Source of the DNA: Bugula neritina | Lineage: Eukaryota; Animalia; Bryozoa | Assembly: GCA_964035545.1 (NCBI GenBank) | Contig: OZ037770.1 | Coordinates: 7,694,973-7,758,972 of the forward strand | DNA: 64,000 bases | Direction of reading: 5' to 3' | Shown: one piece after another, positions 14,601 through 28,292 of the stretch | Layout of the letters: each line of letters starts with the position of its first letter | Position numbering within the stretch: the first letter of the stretch is position 1 | Notes under the pieces: generated by a model | Told to the model about the DNA's origin: nothing | The model's database searches: none | What the model saw: the letters and a program-made list of their open reading frames with translations, nothing else | Program-made: the position numbers and the translations under genes

Positions 14601-17600
14601 TGTTTGAGGCAGATTTTTGGAATGCAATAATATAGACATTGATTAACAGCTTTTGTTTAAGCTATTCATAGAAAATATGTAACTCAGTAATTCAATTTCT
14701 TAGTTAATTTGTCTCTGCACTTTATTACATCTACAGTTTATTAGCAGTTGTTAGCAGGGTCCCAGTTCTCTTATTTTAAATCTACAACTAACATCCTTCT
14801 AGCCTTTTTACTTGATCACGCCACTGTGTCTTCACTTCCCCCCAGGCCAGCCATGCCTTGGTGAAGGGTTAATGAGTATTAAACCTTTGGGGGTGTTTGG
14901 TTAGTGTATTCCGCAATGAGTGGAGAGACATGTACTGTATATAGCCCAGAGTCTGTTTCTCCCAGGCAAAGAGTTCCATCCAAAGTGGAGGTATTCACAT
15001 TGTTGAGTGACACGCAGTAGCAGTTACATGTCGTATCCCTGCAGTCCATGTGGGTATTTTTAGCTGCAGTGTGCCATTGGCTCAAGGCTGGGAATCTAAG
15101 AGTGACATCTGGCAGTGAAGGTGAAATCTGACACACAATACTCATGTTTTGTATTTTTATAAATTAACTGGCGACAAGTGAGTTAAGACAAACATGCTAT
15201 AATAGTCTCTCATGCAAGGTAGAAGTCAACAAAGTTTTACACAAAAATTGAAGCGTTCAGAAAAAGCCCTCAGCCATATTTGTTATGAAAGATTTTATCA
15301 ATAGATGTCCAGGTCACTAAACTAGTATGCAGATATTAGTTGGAGCTATGATATTCACCGGCTTTCCATGTACCGATCTCAGATCGATCTCGCTGAGATC
15401 GATCTGAGCATACCTCTCAGATCGATCGTTTTTCCATGAGAAGTGTCAGATCGATCTCACGGAGTTGCCTCCTCTTAAGTGAAGAGTACTTTAATAGTAT
15501 AATTTGTTCACAAATCTGGATGATTAAAGCTGCTGAGGTTAAAAAACAAGATTGTTGATGTCTAAAAATTAATGGTGCTTGTAAACAATACGCAACAAAG
15601 CTTTTAGTGTAAAGTAATATAGCCAATTTAAGATAATCACTTTTAATTTTTTAGCTCAACAGCTTAAATAAAATTAATAGCTATCTTGCAGATTATTCAT
15701 AAACTTACAGGATTGTTAAGCTTGAAATTACGCAGCAAATAACTAATGAAAGTAAGTTTTACTAGTCATTTAAATTCAATTTAAATTCTCCAATTTTTTG
15801 TAATTTCTATGGACTATAATTTTATATAATTGAGTTTTTTTAATCATAGTACTGAAAGTCAAAGTTTTGGCATCTGAAAATGTGGCTATCGTAATTATTA
15901 AGTAATTTGCTTAGTAATTATCAATAAGTTGTCATTTTTATCAGCAGACAACATTTTAGCGAACAGTCTTTTTCTACTTCTCAGATCGATCTGGAGTCTT
16001 TCCATGGATCGATCTCACTGAGATCGATCTGAGTTCGAGCTCTACAGACCGACCAGCTCAGAACGACTGAGATCGATCTTTGACATCTTTCCATGGATCG
16101 ATCTCGCTGAGATCGGTACATGGAAAGCCGGTGATTATGTAATATGTTGCTGTCACCAATGGCTGATTAGAGGGCATGGCTAGTCTTAGTTACTACTACC
16201 ATTGTTTCCCATATTAACTTTATATACAGCGCACAGATTAGCATGATAAACAGTTGCTATTATGCAATCTTTGAAGTTTTTTAATTGTATTGTTGCTATT
16301 AACTATTCAAAATTTTGACATGTAATTTTTTGTTAATAACATTTAGGTGGTAGGTGGTAGCTGATTTCCACCCTGTGTTCTGTGGCAATCTTGTGATAAT
16401 GCAATCCTTTTTCATTGGTTTTGGCTGGCAGTGTTTTGGTTCTGTGTTGCTGTAACAAGTTGCACAAGAGACTTTCAGCCATGATAAACACGACTGGAGA
16501 CGTTAAAGTACTTCAACTATTATTCCAACAACATCCTCAAATAGTTTTAAGAATGATTTCATGTCTGTAGACTGTGTAGAGTTTGCCAAGGTTAACAACT
16601 TTCCTGTTTGTATTATCACTTCCTATGAGCAGGAGAAATAGAGTTTTTGTGGTTTCACACACCAGCCAGCCTGTGGCATGATTTCAGCACTTTTTCTATT
16701 CCTTTGTTGCATTTGTTTGCTAAATTCTTGAGCTGGGCATAAATTATGTTCCATTTATTTAATCAAAATTCTCTTACTCTACCTCCTCAACTGCACTCAT
16801 CTGTATGCCTTAAAGAAACCTAAATTAAAATCACTATTTTTAACTAACTTCCCATCAATGGATTACATACAGCCTTTCACTCATATATTTTATCAAAGAA
16901 TTGTGAACAAACCAGCAAACAAATATCAAAATTAGTAGTTTCACCTCATTGGTTGTAAAGCAATGGTAACTCTACAAATTGATGTTGGTAATATTTACTT
17001 AGCATGTCAGCTGAGACTTTTCATTCATTCATGTCTCCAGTCATTATTCCTAGAGTTGTGCTAGGTGAAGGTAGCCTGGCTTTATATCTAAACCTTTGGT
17101 CACAGATACAGGCTTATCTAGATCCCTAATATCTCTGCTAAGTTCACTTCTAGCTATCTACTACAGTAAGGGAATAACAAGCTAGCTAGACCACACCACT
17201 TCTACTTTGCTTTATTACTCAATTCGCACACAACTTTCTACAATAAACCTCAACTTTAAGGTGAGGATGTTTAGAAACCGAGTTGGTAGTCTAAATCGCT
17301 AGCTGAAATAAATTTTTGTGTCATCCCTGTCAGTTCTGGCTGAAGGAGAAAAACAAGAATAGTTGTTGATTTTTGGGATGTCTGTCTGTTTGTCTAGACT
17401 CTAGCCATGAGAAAGTAAAGCTACAGCACCCCATTAATAGATTAAAAAAGCTCCACATGCAAATCATGTTGACTTTTATAGTTTCAATTTATACTGCCCT
17501 TTAATCTTGAGAGGTTTGAATGATATGTGTGATGTATGTTTATATACACGTTATCAGGTTGCACAACTTTGACCAGTACGTCTAGGCTTGTCTGTAGCAT

Positions 17601-20600
17601 TGTTTGGACTACCACTGACCTAACTGGATCACTACTGTACGTCAGTAGCTCACTTGCCTACCTGACCACAACCCAAAACTTTAAACAAAGAAGCTACACA
17701 CTTCTTGAGAGCCCACTGTTGCAAAAATCAATACAAAAACCACATGTGACATATTACTGTCAATTAAAGAGCTGATTAGGCTATTTTTAGTTACATAGTG
17801 AACTCTTTCTGGCCCAGAAGTGCTGGCAACACACCTGGGCTTTCTGTTGGGTCCCTTCAATATACCAGGATGTTGTGGCAATAAGGTTTACACTCTCTGA
17901 GTTTTTTTATGCCAGATTATGTGTTGCTCCTTCAGTGTTTGCTTTTAATTTACCTCACATGTACAATACTGATCCTCAAAGTACAATATGAAAACAAATA
18001 CTAGCGATTTTTAATATTTTATCATCAACTGTGTTCAATGCTTATAGGTAACTATTATTGTACAGAAATTATAGTCTTTATTATTCAAATATACCATCTC
18101 TTACGTTGCTAGTATTCTTACTTGGTATTTGTAGCCTATGGTTGCCGAAACTAACACTGAAGAGAACCGTCATCTACCCCCTCCATCCTCGCACCTGGCT
18201 ACCTCAGCTAACAATTCACCATCCATCAAAAGAAGGTATGTCTTGTAAGTTATTAGCTAAAGCTGATCTGAGAGCTCCATTCTCTCACCTCACTCTCTTA
18301 TCCCTCCCTGGTAGACCAACAATGTCTCAGTATTTCACTCCTCTCTGAACTCTTTGATTAGCACCAGATTGGAGGTAATATCTGTGTTCACACTCAATGT
18401 GCTGGTATCCAGTTGTTGTTGCGTAAGGTGTGCTGGTAGCTGCAGCATCACATTCTCTCACCTCACCTTTGTTCATCTACAGATTTACTCTAGATTAAAC
18501 TGTTGGTTCAAATTATCTCACTCACAGTATCTCAATCATAGTATCTCACTCACAGTATCTCACTACTTACTCACAGTATCTCACTACTCACTCACAGTAT
18601 CTCACTCGCAGTATCTCACTACTCACTCACAGTATCTCACTCACTCACAGTATCTCACTCACAGTATCTCACTACTCACTCACAGTATCTCACTACTCAC
18701 TCACAGTATCTCACTACTACTAATTTTTGCAAGAACATAACTTTTGCTACATTTCACACATTTCATTGGGTTTTCTCAATTTCTCCATTACTGCACCTAC
18801 CTCTCACTTAAGAGGAGGCAACTACGCCAGATCCATTTGACAGTGTCATGAAAAACGATCACAATGAGCACATTTCTCAAATCGATCTCACTAAGATCAA
18901 TTTGAGATCGATCCATGAAAAGCCAGTGATTATGTTAAAGTTATTTCGGACATTAACAAGTGTCGATTTCTTCATCTCACTTTCACCTCCCTCCACCACC
19001 TCTCTCACCCTCTCCTCCTCACTGCCCCCCTCACCCCTCCCCACCTCTCTCCTCCTCACCTCCCCACCTCTCCCTCCCTCTCCTCCTCACTGCCCCCCTC
19101 ACCCCTCCACACCTCTCCCTCCCCCACCTCTTCCTCAGGTTACAAAATAAATTCCTTTCATTTGAATTGTTCTCAAATTACTAAGAAAAACCACAATAAC
19201 AAACACTATATCTGTGACACAATAGCAGCTGAGAGTTGATTAACAAATTTAGTTATGTGAGAACTTGTGGGTACCCTAGTATTTGTGGGTACCCAAGTAT
19301 TTGTGGGTACCCTAGTATTTGTGGGTACACTAGTATCTGTGGGTACACTAGTAATGCAGTGTGTATAAATTATTTTGAAGAACATGAATTATTCTCTTAC
19401 TTGGAGAATTGGTATAAAAGTTAGTACATGTTGTAAAATTAAAGTTTGTGTAGCAAATCAGTTCAACATAACATCAATGTGAGTTGGATCCTGGATTACT
19501 ATAATTATGATAGATACTGTTAACTAGATGAATATTTGTCTGCAGGTGTAACAGACCCCCTATGAAAGCCTATCAGTACGTCCAGGGTTGTCCAGCTATT
19601 GAAAACCCTGAAGCCATTGTTTCCAGCTCTGACAAGCATCTGTAAGTATAGAGAAGTTGTTCTTCCAATCAAATATCTGCTCACTAATCACCAAGACATC
19701 TCCCTACCTGGAAATCCTTCTGTGTTGTAGTTACAACAAGCACTTTGTGCCCAACGTCTGCATCAAAGCCGGCTCTCCCGCAGGCACCGACTCTTTGACG
19801 AGCACCCGCTCTCCCACTGGCACCAACTCTGCCGGTTCCTCCCCCCAGGAAGAGTCGCTTGCGCTGGATCTCTCCTCCCCCACTTCCTGTGAACGCCGCA
19901 TCCCTGTTGTCTCTACTGACCCTACCGGTGGGGATGGCTCGGATGTCCTGGGGAGAAAGGAGACAGACACTGCAGACAAAATTCAACTGGAAGAAGATTT
20001 TGTGGACGTGGAGAGTTCAGATGGTGAGTCACCCAGTCTACAGGATCAGTTTGGTGCTGAGGCTAAGCTCAGTCGACTACAGGATCTTTCAACTCTGTCT
20101 GACATAACAGCTAAACATTTACTGATTAGGCAATTTAAATTTTTTTTATCAACTGTGAAAAGATTGGAAGATGAAATATTGTAGAGTAAATACTGGGTGG
20201 TTGTATATGTAGGCATGTTATAGTGTGGCTCCTGTAATCTGTCGTACAGCACAGACTGCTTGCCAACTGCTGGTATACATTATGGCCATGGCCAGACTAG
20301 TTAGTTGACTTGGTGTTGTGAAACTAATAGTATATTGATGGTTTACTGATGACTAAGAGTGAGTAGTAGAAATTCTCTGCTTTCATCTCCTAGCAGCTTT
20401 GAGCTGTGTAACACACTGTACTCTGTGTAACACACTATACTCTGTGTAACACACTGTACTCTGTGTACCACCCTGTACTCTGTGTAACACACTGTACTCT
20501 GTGTACCACCCTGTACTCTGTGTACCACACTATATACTCTGTGTACCACACTATACTCTGTGTAACACACTGTACTCTGTGTACCACACTATATACTCTG

Positions 20601-22469
20601 TGTACCACACTATACTCTGTGTAACACACTGTACTCTGTGTAACACACTATACTCTGTGTACCACACTATACTCTGTGTAACACACTATACTCTGTGTAC
20701 CACACTATACTCTGTGTACCACACTATACTCTGTGTACCACACTATACTCTGTGTACCACACTATACTCTGTGTAACACACTGTACTCTGTGTAACACAC
20801 TATACTCTGTGTAACACACTATACTCTGTGTACCACACTATACTCTGTGTACCACACTATATACTCTGTGTACCACACTATACTCTGTGTAACACACTAT
20901 ACTCTGTGTAACACACTGCGCTCTGTGTACCACACTGTACTCTGTGTACTTCACTGTACTCTGTATAACACACTATACTCTGTGCAACACACTGTACTCT
21001 GTGCAACACACTGTGCTCTGTGCAACACACTATACTCTGTGTAACACACTGTACTCTGTGTAACACACTGCGCTCTGTGTAACACACTGTACTCTGTGCA
21101 ACACACTATACTCTGTGCAACACACTATACTCTGTGCAACACACTATACTCTGTGCAACACACTGTACTCTGTGTAGCACAATGTGCTCTGTGTAACACA
21201 CTGTGCTCTGTGTAACACACTATACTCTGTGTAACACACTATACTCTGTGTAACACACTGTGCTCTGTGTGACAATTGATTTTCTTCTATAATGTTGCAC
21301 TAAACTAACCTAGGCTCGGCATATCCGCCCAAGACATTAACTTGCCTCACCAGTAATCTGAGCTACGAATTCATGAACCAGTCAGTGGCTGCGAGAGACG
21401 TTGGCGCACAGCCAATATTTATAATTAACTTATGATTTATTTAGTGCGAGTGTTGAACAGCTGGCTAGCCTGTTGGTTGCTAACAAACAAGTAGTGGTTT
21501 CGCCTTTTATAATTGCACCAGTAATACTCTTCAACATTCACCATAAAATGCCTTTCTTCCTCAACCGCAATTGTTCAGCAATTGTTCACGGCTTTTCCTG
21601 TGTCCATAATTATCCAGCAAATTATTGAGTACTATAGGCTGATAAATGTTTTTCTAGACTTTGGGTGCATGTATACCCGGATATGTTGTGTCATTAGTTT
21701 GAACTTTCGATGGTGTAATGTACTGCCTATCTGCTGGCCACTGCGCATAGTAACGTGACGTGCACAGATGAGTCCAGTCTAGTCACTGCAGCCAAATATA
21801 CCCATTCAGTGTAGAATTGTTTTTCAAATAATTTGATTATCACATGACCCCTGGAATGTTACTAAGTCTTTGATCACTCGATGGAAAGCTGATACTTGGA
21901 GTAGTATGACTATTACCATTAGACCAGCATGTAGTAAACAACTTTATTATTCTAAATGATAACACCCCCTATCTGATGCTAGTTCAACAAGGCAGGCACT
22001 TCATGTCTGTGGCAAAAGTTCAAACGATGGAATTACCCACAATCCATTTCCCTACTAGTAGCAGTAGTCCTACTGGCTGGTAAACAACATCAGTTTATAA
22101 TTACAATGTGATGCTCAAAATAGGTCAATATATTTTACGAAATGTTAGATGGCAGTGCACTAGCTAATAGGAGGCCAAAAATATTCAAAGTTTCTGTTTG
22201 AAATAAGTGTTTCTCAACTATGTCTGTACATTTTAGGTGATACCGAAGTCCAACCAGAAGTTACGACGTCTGCTAAAAGTCTATGTGAGAGCTCAGTGTT
22301 AGCACAGCAGACAAACAGCAGCACGCAGACAGCTCAGACGGATTGCCAGGTGCAAATAAAGAAGTTACAGAGTCTGTTTGATGAGCTGTTGGGTCTCACA
22401 ACTCTGTCTGCCAAAGAAAGAGAAGAAAAGTCCAGAACATACCAACAAACGTTATCTACACTCATCTAA
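11618..22469 (+). CDS. SKI: Ski/SnoN family TGF-beta/Smad transcriptional corepressor
   Basis: Exons 11618 (or ATG 11666)-12628, 18135-18235, 19546-19641, 19731-20023, 22237-22469 join in phase. R-Smad-binding motif LEKMLLSYQQLAMNSLRGP, Ski/Sno/Dach domain (GFVIGGEERLCLPPIL...GLIRKTDAERLC), SAND-like Smad4-binding domain (VYHECFGEGHG...CHWGFNRRNWRNYL), downstream ENPE...FVPNV motif. Confidence 0.9.
14098..14176. repeat. 15-bp tandem repeat (ggttgttcagcagtt x5)
   Basis: Read directly; in Ski intron 1. Confidence 0.9.
15356..16133. mobile_element. Non-autonomous TIR element, CMC (CACTA/Chapaev)-like
   Basis: TIR caccggctttccatgtaccgatctcag / ctgagatcggtacatggaaagccggtg; 3-bp TSD ATT; CAC...GTG ends; many subterminal gatcgatc palindromes. 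Confidence 0.8.
18515..18720. repeat. ctcactcacagtat-based minisatellite
   Basis: 14/21-bp variant units in Ski intron 2. Confidence 0.85.
18800..18928 (-). mobile_element. Diverged solo left end of the 15356-16133 element
   Basis: Reverse complement cactggcttttcatggatcgatctc...gttgcctcctcttaagtga aligns with 15356-15482. Confidence 0.7.
19265..19353. repeat. 18-bp tandem repeat (ttgtgggtaccctagtat x5)
   Basis: Read directly. Confidence 0.9.
20405..21272. repeat. 19-bp minisatellite (acacactRtactctgtgta, ~45 copies)
   Basis: Read directly; explains the spurious ORFs at 20343-21087. Confidence 0.95.
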
Positions 22470-23833
22470 TGACATAACCACAAAGTATTTGTGGAATAGT
22501 GCTACACACATACCATGTACATAACTCTGAATATATTATTATAATGTTGCTCTTATCAAGTACATCACTTGACATTTATTCTCAACACCTGATAGCCACT
22601 GTTTCCCTGGGAGCTTAGCAAGTGGCTAGGTTGCTACGGCATCCCCAGTTATCTGTATATTTATTTTCTATATACCACGCATCATGCTAATATTATAATA
22701 ATATATTTTTATATAGTTGTACATATTGAATATTGTAATAAAAGCCAGAACTATTGTTGTCTATACATTATTTTATCATGTATTTTGTTGTCACATACGG
22801 GTATTGGTAGAACTTGTTCTATGTACTTTATTTTCTGTTTTATTTTATTTTAATTATAGTTGTCTGTCAATGGTGTAAGTCTATATTATAACGATTATAT
22901 AATATTTGTGTATGCACATGTATTGGCATATATATGGGTTAAAAGAAATGTTATATTTTGAATATTTATTCCACTCAATTACCTCAATTGTCCATTTATT
23001 TTTGTTATCAGTTATCATAGTCTGACTGTGAATTTGTCAGTCAACTGATAACTCCCAGTGTCTGTTCAGAATAAAATATTAAACATGCAACTAGCTGCTG
23101 GTGCAATTCCCAGTGGCTATTGATTTGTTTTTTAAAAATTGAGTACATAAATACTGGAGCATCAAATAAACTAGCAATCTGAAGTTCTAAGCTGGTGGAA
23201 ATGATGCTGCAGTAGTTGATTAAGTCTGGTGTGGTTATTTGGTCACTTCTGAATCTCGCAATATCACTCTAAAGTCTAGTGTATATGTGTGGGAATACCA
23301 ACACTGTACCTTCTCAAAAACTGACTTTCTAATAGTCTAGTTGAGAAGAAACTACTTCAGATGATGTGTGGGCAACTCCAACAGTTGATTGCTCAATCAC
23401 AGACCTAATCTTCAACAGATGCTCCACTTTTACTTGCTAAAATAATGCTCTGAACTGACACAAAAAGTCACTTAATGGCGTGATTAGTACCAGTAGAGGC
23501 TTATGATTAGTGTTAGAGGCTTGCGTAGAGCTGGGAGGAATATGAATGAAGTTGGAAAACATCTGAATCATCAATCTGCACTCAATAGTGGTCATTTATT
23601 CTAAAACTAATAACAGCCTAGTTGAGGGATAAGTGTCAACTTGTTAGTCTTTCAACAACATAGAAAAGTCATTAATCTTACTTGGACTACTATGTAACTA
23701 CTACACTGCTTATCAGACACTGGTTGCATTACATCAGAGCTGTATCTATATCCATACTGTCATATGTATCCTTCTGCAGCTACTCCAAGTACCTCTAGAG
23801 AGAAAGATCTAATTAATCGAAAACTATATTATA

Positions 23834-23958
23834 GTTAGGAAGAGCATCCAGTCATAATTGCTCCTGTGCCTCATAGCTGGATTAATTCCTTAGCCCGATT
23901 TAAGAAAAGACCCTTCCATCAAGGGTTTTCTTACAGGGATAGCGACTATAAACTTGTG
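23834..23958 (+). mobile_element. tRNA-SINE, 5'-truncated copy
   Basis: gttaggaagagcatccagtcataattgc...gggatagcgactataaacttg matches the other copies. Confidence 0.75.
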
Positions 23959-25360
23959 TATGTTTTATATTTAGTAAAATATAGATATTTCGATTTTATT
24001 TGAAAAGAGCTCAAGTTATCATAGGTCAAGCATTTGCATCTCTGTTCCATAGAGTTGTCTACTCAATATATTGCTAATTTATCACCAAAACATTTCCTGT
24101 AAAATAATGGCGTCATCAAGCATAACAGATGTGTAGACTATTGTGTTCCTACCCTTCCAACTATGTAAATTTAATTACTGAAACTTAATTACAAAACAAA
24201 TCCTTCCTCTTGTCATATTATTACCTTGACACTGATAGAAGATTACTGTGTAGTCAATGCAGTTTTATGTTCATCAATCACCAGTCAAAGTAACTTATAT
24301 TCTTGTTTCAATCATTACAGCAAGCTGCTTTATAGAAGTAATAGTTGAAGTAATTAATTTAAGATTCTTGCAATGTTTTCTAGGTTAGTAGTGTTTACCA
24401 TGGTTGGGTTGGGGTACTTATGTTGCCTGTCTACAATTACCGTGAGACTTTGCAGGTTGAAATCTTATGGCAAGGTCATTGGTGATGCCAGGGGGTGTGT
24501 CATATTGAAGTATTCAAACTAGCACGACGGCAGGGGTGGCTCCCAATCTGCCTAACCTAGCTTATCTCACAGGGATCAACAGCTTTTATCTATGAATTAA
24601 AATTAACCTTTATTAAACAGATACAAAATTGCATGCGAATAATACATATATGTTGTCAAGTATTCCTGTTTCTATATTTTTCACCAAATGAACACTAAAA
24701 TAATTTTGCAATGCCTTAAAGTGAAAGTGTGATGATATAGTAATATAGTATTTATGTTTAAAAGTTCAAGTTTTGATATTTTTATTGGAGTTGTTTTTTC
24801 CTCATCTTAATACAAATGAGCAAACAACTATGATTTAATATCTGTTGGGAATGAAAATGAAGAAACAATTAATATAATATAAAATAATATAAATATTAAT
24901 CAACATCTGTTTGAGTTCTTATTCTAAGCTGCTAATTGCAGTAAACTTATTTTTCTTGCGCATCATGATGAAAAATTTTTCGTTTCAATACAAAATCAAT
25001 TCCTATAATATGCTATAATTTGCGCAGTAAATAAGCAGTGTATACCAACGTAATATATATTGTATTTTTTTTTAAAAATTACCACAAATCTATTTTATAA
25101 ATTACTATATATAGTAAATAGCAAATAGAGGCTAACTCTTACAAACTTACTCAACTTGCCCAGCTTTTTGAAGTAACAATATCAGAGCAAATTATTTAGA
25201 AGCATTATATATAATAAGATAGTATATTACTACATTGTATATCACTGACTATATGATATATACAAACACACATTGGTCATACATTTGTAATATAATATAT
25301 GCCTAAGTTATTACACACATTTTAGGACCTAGGCATTATTATATTATATAAATACTGTAT

Positions 25361-25578
25361 GGGAGTAGCCATGGTCTAGGCCCTAGGGGTTATAGAGCGC
25401 TGGTTTAGTAACTACAGAGTTCCTGTGTTTAAACTCCAGTGACGACCATTGCTGATGTTAGGCAGAGCATCCAGTCATAATTGCATCTGTGCCCCATATA
25501 TAAATATGCCTGATTTAACAGAAAACTGTTTTATTAGGAGTTTCTCACAGGGATAGTGACTATAAACTTGAGTGAATA
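25361..25578 (+). mobile_element. tRNA-SINE, diverged full-length copy
   Basis: gggagtagccatggtctagg head, gatgttaggcagagcatccagtcataattgc core, gatagtgactataaacttg tail. Confidence 0.75.
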
Positions 25579-27392
25579 AGTTTTTATAAATATTATAGCC
25601 ATGGTATACACACACATGCGCGCACGAACACAGTAACTTGAAGCTGACCTAATAGTCTATGTTCTACACAGGGAAAAACATTTCATCAAATTTGCTAACT
25701 GGTGAAACTTCCAAACTCTGTGGCAAGCATGGCTAATTAAAACAAAATGCTGTTTTCAGGATGATTTAAAACATACCTATATGAATGCTGCTGTTTATGA
25801 ACACTTCAACAGCTGCTACGGATATCTACTTTATCACTATTTCCTGTCAAGTTTCTGAAACTAGAAATTAAGACTCTCTTCAAAAAGTTATAAGGGGGTG
25901 TTATAACAAACTGTATTGGCTTTAATAAATATTTTAATAGGTGAAAATAGCTCGGCACTTCCAAAGCTTTAACTGCTCGATTAGTAACTATATTTTGTTT
26001 CTAACAAATTCAACCTGTAGCCTTTTAGAGACCAAGTTAGCTTAAAAACACGTTGAGATGGAATATGTGTTCTCGGTATCAGCTGGAACACTAGCTAGGT
26101 TGTCAAGTTGATGGTAGGAATTTGAATCAAATTATAAGAAATGTTAGCTAAAAGAAATGGCCCTCAACCAGTGGAAAACTCCTCTTTACAAAGTCATCAC
26201 CGCTGGATTGCATGTCTTACTGTATATGTACTGCATACAACGCTTTTTAGTTTGTCCTTGAAATCAAAGCTTGTGTACAACTATTCAATTACACAGTGTT
26301 TACCTTAGTGGGCACCAATTTTTATAATTTGTGGTGTCAAGAAACCAGTTCTAATAGTTGATGTATGCAAGATTTGTGACACTCACTACGATGTTCATAA
26401 TATAATAATTAATAGTTAACATATTTTGAGATTTGTTTTGTAATGGGTTTTAGGTACTTTAGACATTTGCTCTTCCATGATATAGCAACTGACTGTTTAC
26501 CACTTACAAATTTGTAGCAGACAACTTCTATAATTTCCGTTGCATTCCAATAAGGATTCTATTTTATAATACTGTATATCATAAAAAGATATCACACTTC
26601 AACTAAGTAAATTATTGACACCTATGCATATATATTCTATAATTATTTTGTAATAGTAATCACACAATTTATGTCTTTGTATTTATTTATAACACACAAG
26701 TCACTGTAGCTTTTATAAAATCAATTTTAAATGAAACCTTTGCATTAAACATTTTATTTTTAAATTAGATGTGAAGCAGCCTAATTCAATGTGCATGTGT
26801 TTTCAAATGTAATCCGCCAATAAAATAATGCCTGTGACTTATTTTGATAATATGCATGGTAGGCTCAAGTTGACATTTATTTACTGAACAGAAGAGGGTT
26901 TATCAACATAATTCCAACTGAAGATCAATTTTATAGCAAGAAAATTCGTTATTAGAAGTTAAAACACAAAGTTTAGTAATGACCCATGTAGGCTACTGGT
27001 AAAAGTTATATTGGACATCTCCAAACATATCAGACGAAATGCAATACTAATTAGGTCCAGAGGGCATGTTTTCCTACTAAATAAGTTTTTTTCCTTAGGA
27101 GATGTTTTATCAAACCTACAAAGTCTAAAGGGGGTTGACTGAAAATTTCTAACTAAACAAAACAAAAAGTTGGAATAGTTAAACTATCATTAAGGAATTT
27201 ATTAACATATGTAAACGAAATATCAGTTTTTAAAAGAGCCTTTATAGAAGTATAAATATGTTCATGTACAACTATGCAATCACAATACACAATGCGCAAA
27301 AATAATTATTAAATTAGGATAATACACTGTGTACACCACAACACGAGATCTCTACCCATTGTTCACAATAACTCATAATCCAGAAGCTTAAC

Positions 27393-28292
27393 TTAAACTT
27401 TAGAGATCTTTGACTTAAAAGTAGCAGAAGACAAACTGTCTTTGTGGGCAGCTAAGGAGTCTTGCACCAGATCATTCAGTTCCTCCACCACTTGGTGGTA
27501 AGCAAAGTGCAAGTATAACAAAAACATTAAATGCAAAAACGATGCGACTCCACATATAATCAGTTTCTGTGATGGACCGTGAGTTCGGGGGAATAAAATG
27601 GAAACCATTCTGAGTGATGATAACCCACCGAGGACAGTCCATATTAAGTAGAAGAACATGTGATCATGGGACGTGTGTACCAGAGTGGAAACCAGCACGA
27701 CTAAACAGTGCGAGGTGAGCGAATAACCTAGCATAGAGATAATCTGTAAGTAGGAAAGATGAGTGTTGCACAGGTATGCGACCAGCCACACTAGAGTTCC
27801 ACATCCTATCCAGTAGCCAAAACATGTACCAAATGCTGTACCAATTAGAGTGCCTTCTTTCACAGTATGGCCTGAGGACTTCATCTCATACAGCAGAAGT
27901 GCGATGAGGGTCAGAACAAGCATCGTAGGCCCGTATAACTCATTGACAACTTTTGTAGAACTTGAAACAGAAAACTTGGGTACTAAGGAATTGACAATTC
28001 TTCTTATTACATTCTTTGGCTCAACATCGAAATACGGCCTTAGCAGATCAATGTTTCCGTAAATACTCCACGCTTTTGTAGCGTGTGTCTTGCCAGTTTC
28101 CCACATAAATCTGGTCATCGTATCACTCATTGTTTGTTGAAAGTCACCCGTATTGGAACTAGAGTTGCTTCCCCCTAGAAACCCATCAGTGTCTCTGGCA
28201 GGTGGGTCACTGTGACTAAACTGGGTGGTCTTATCATCCACTGTACTCAAATCTACGTCATTCATATCGATGACAGCGGCTCCTTCAGCCAT
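27393..28292 (-). CDS. YIPF3: YIPF3 (Yip1-domain Golgi membrane protein), 299 aa, single coding exon
   Basis: NIDLLRPYFDVEP, ELYGPTMLVLTL, EGTLIGTAFGTCFGYW and LHMLFLLYLHFAYH-like motifs; five hydrophobic segments; tag acceptor about 22 nt upstream of the ATG. Confidence 0.92.
   Translation of the reverse strand: MAEGAAVIDMNDVDLSTVDDKTTQFSHSDPPARDTDGFLGGSNSSSNTGDFQQTMSDTMTRFMWETGKTHATKAWSIYGNIDLLRPYFDVEPKNVIRRIVNSLVPKFSVSSSTKVVNELYGPTMLVLTLIALLLYEMKSSGHTVKEGTLIGTAFGTCFGYWIGCGTLVWLVAYLCNTHLSYLQIISMLGYSLTSHCLVVLVSTLVHTSHDHMFFYLIWTVLGGLSSLRMVSILFPRTHGPSQKLIICGVASFLHLMFLLYLHFAYHQVVEELNDLVQDSLAAHKDSLSSATFKSKISKV

Noticed and set aside
20343-21272. Regular repeats and ORFs resembling a CRISPR array or repeat protein
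   Set aside because: Contiguous 19-bp minisatellite without unique spacers, in a eukaryotic intron, with no cas genes.
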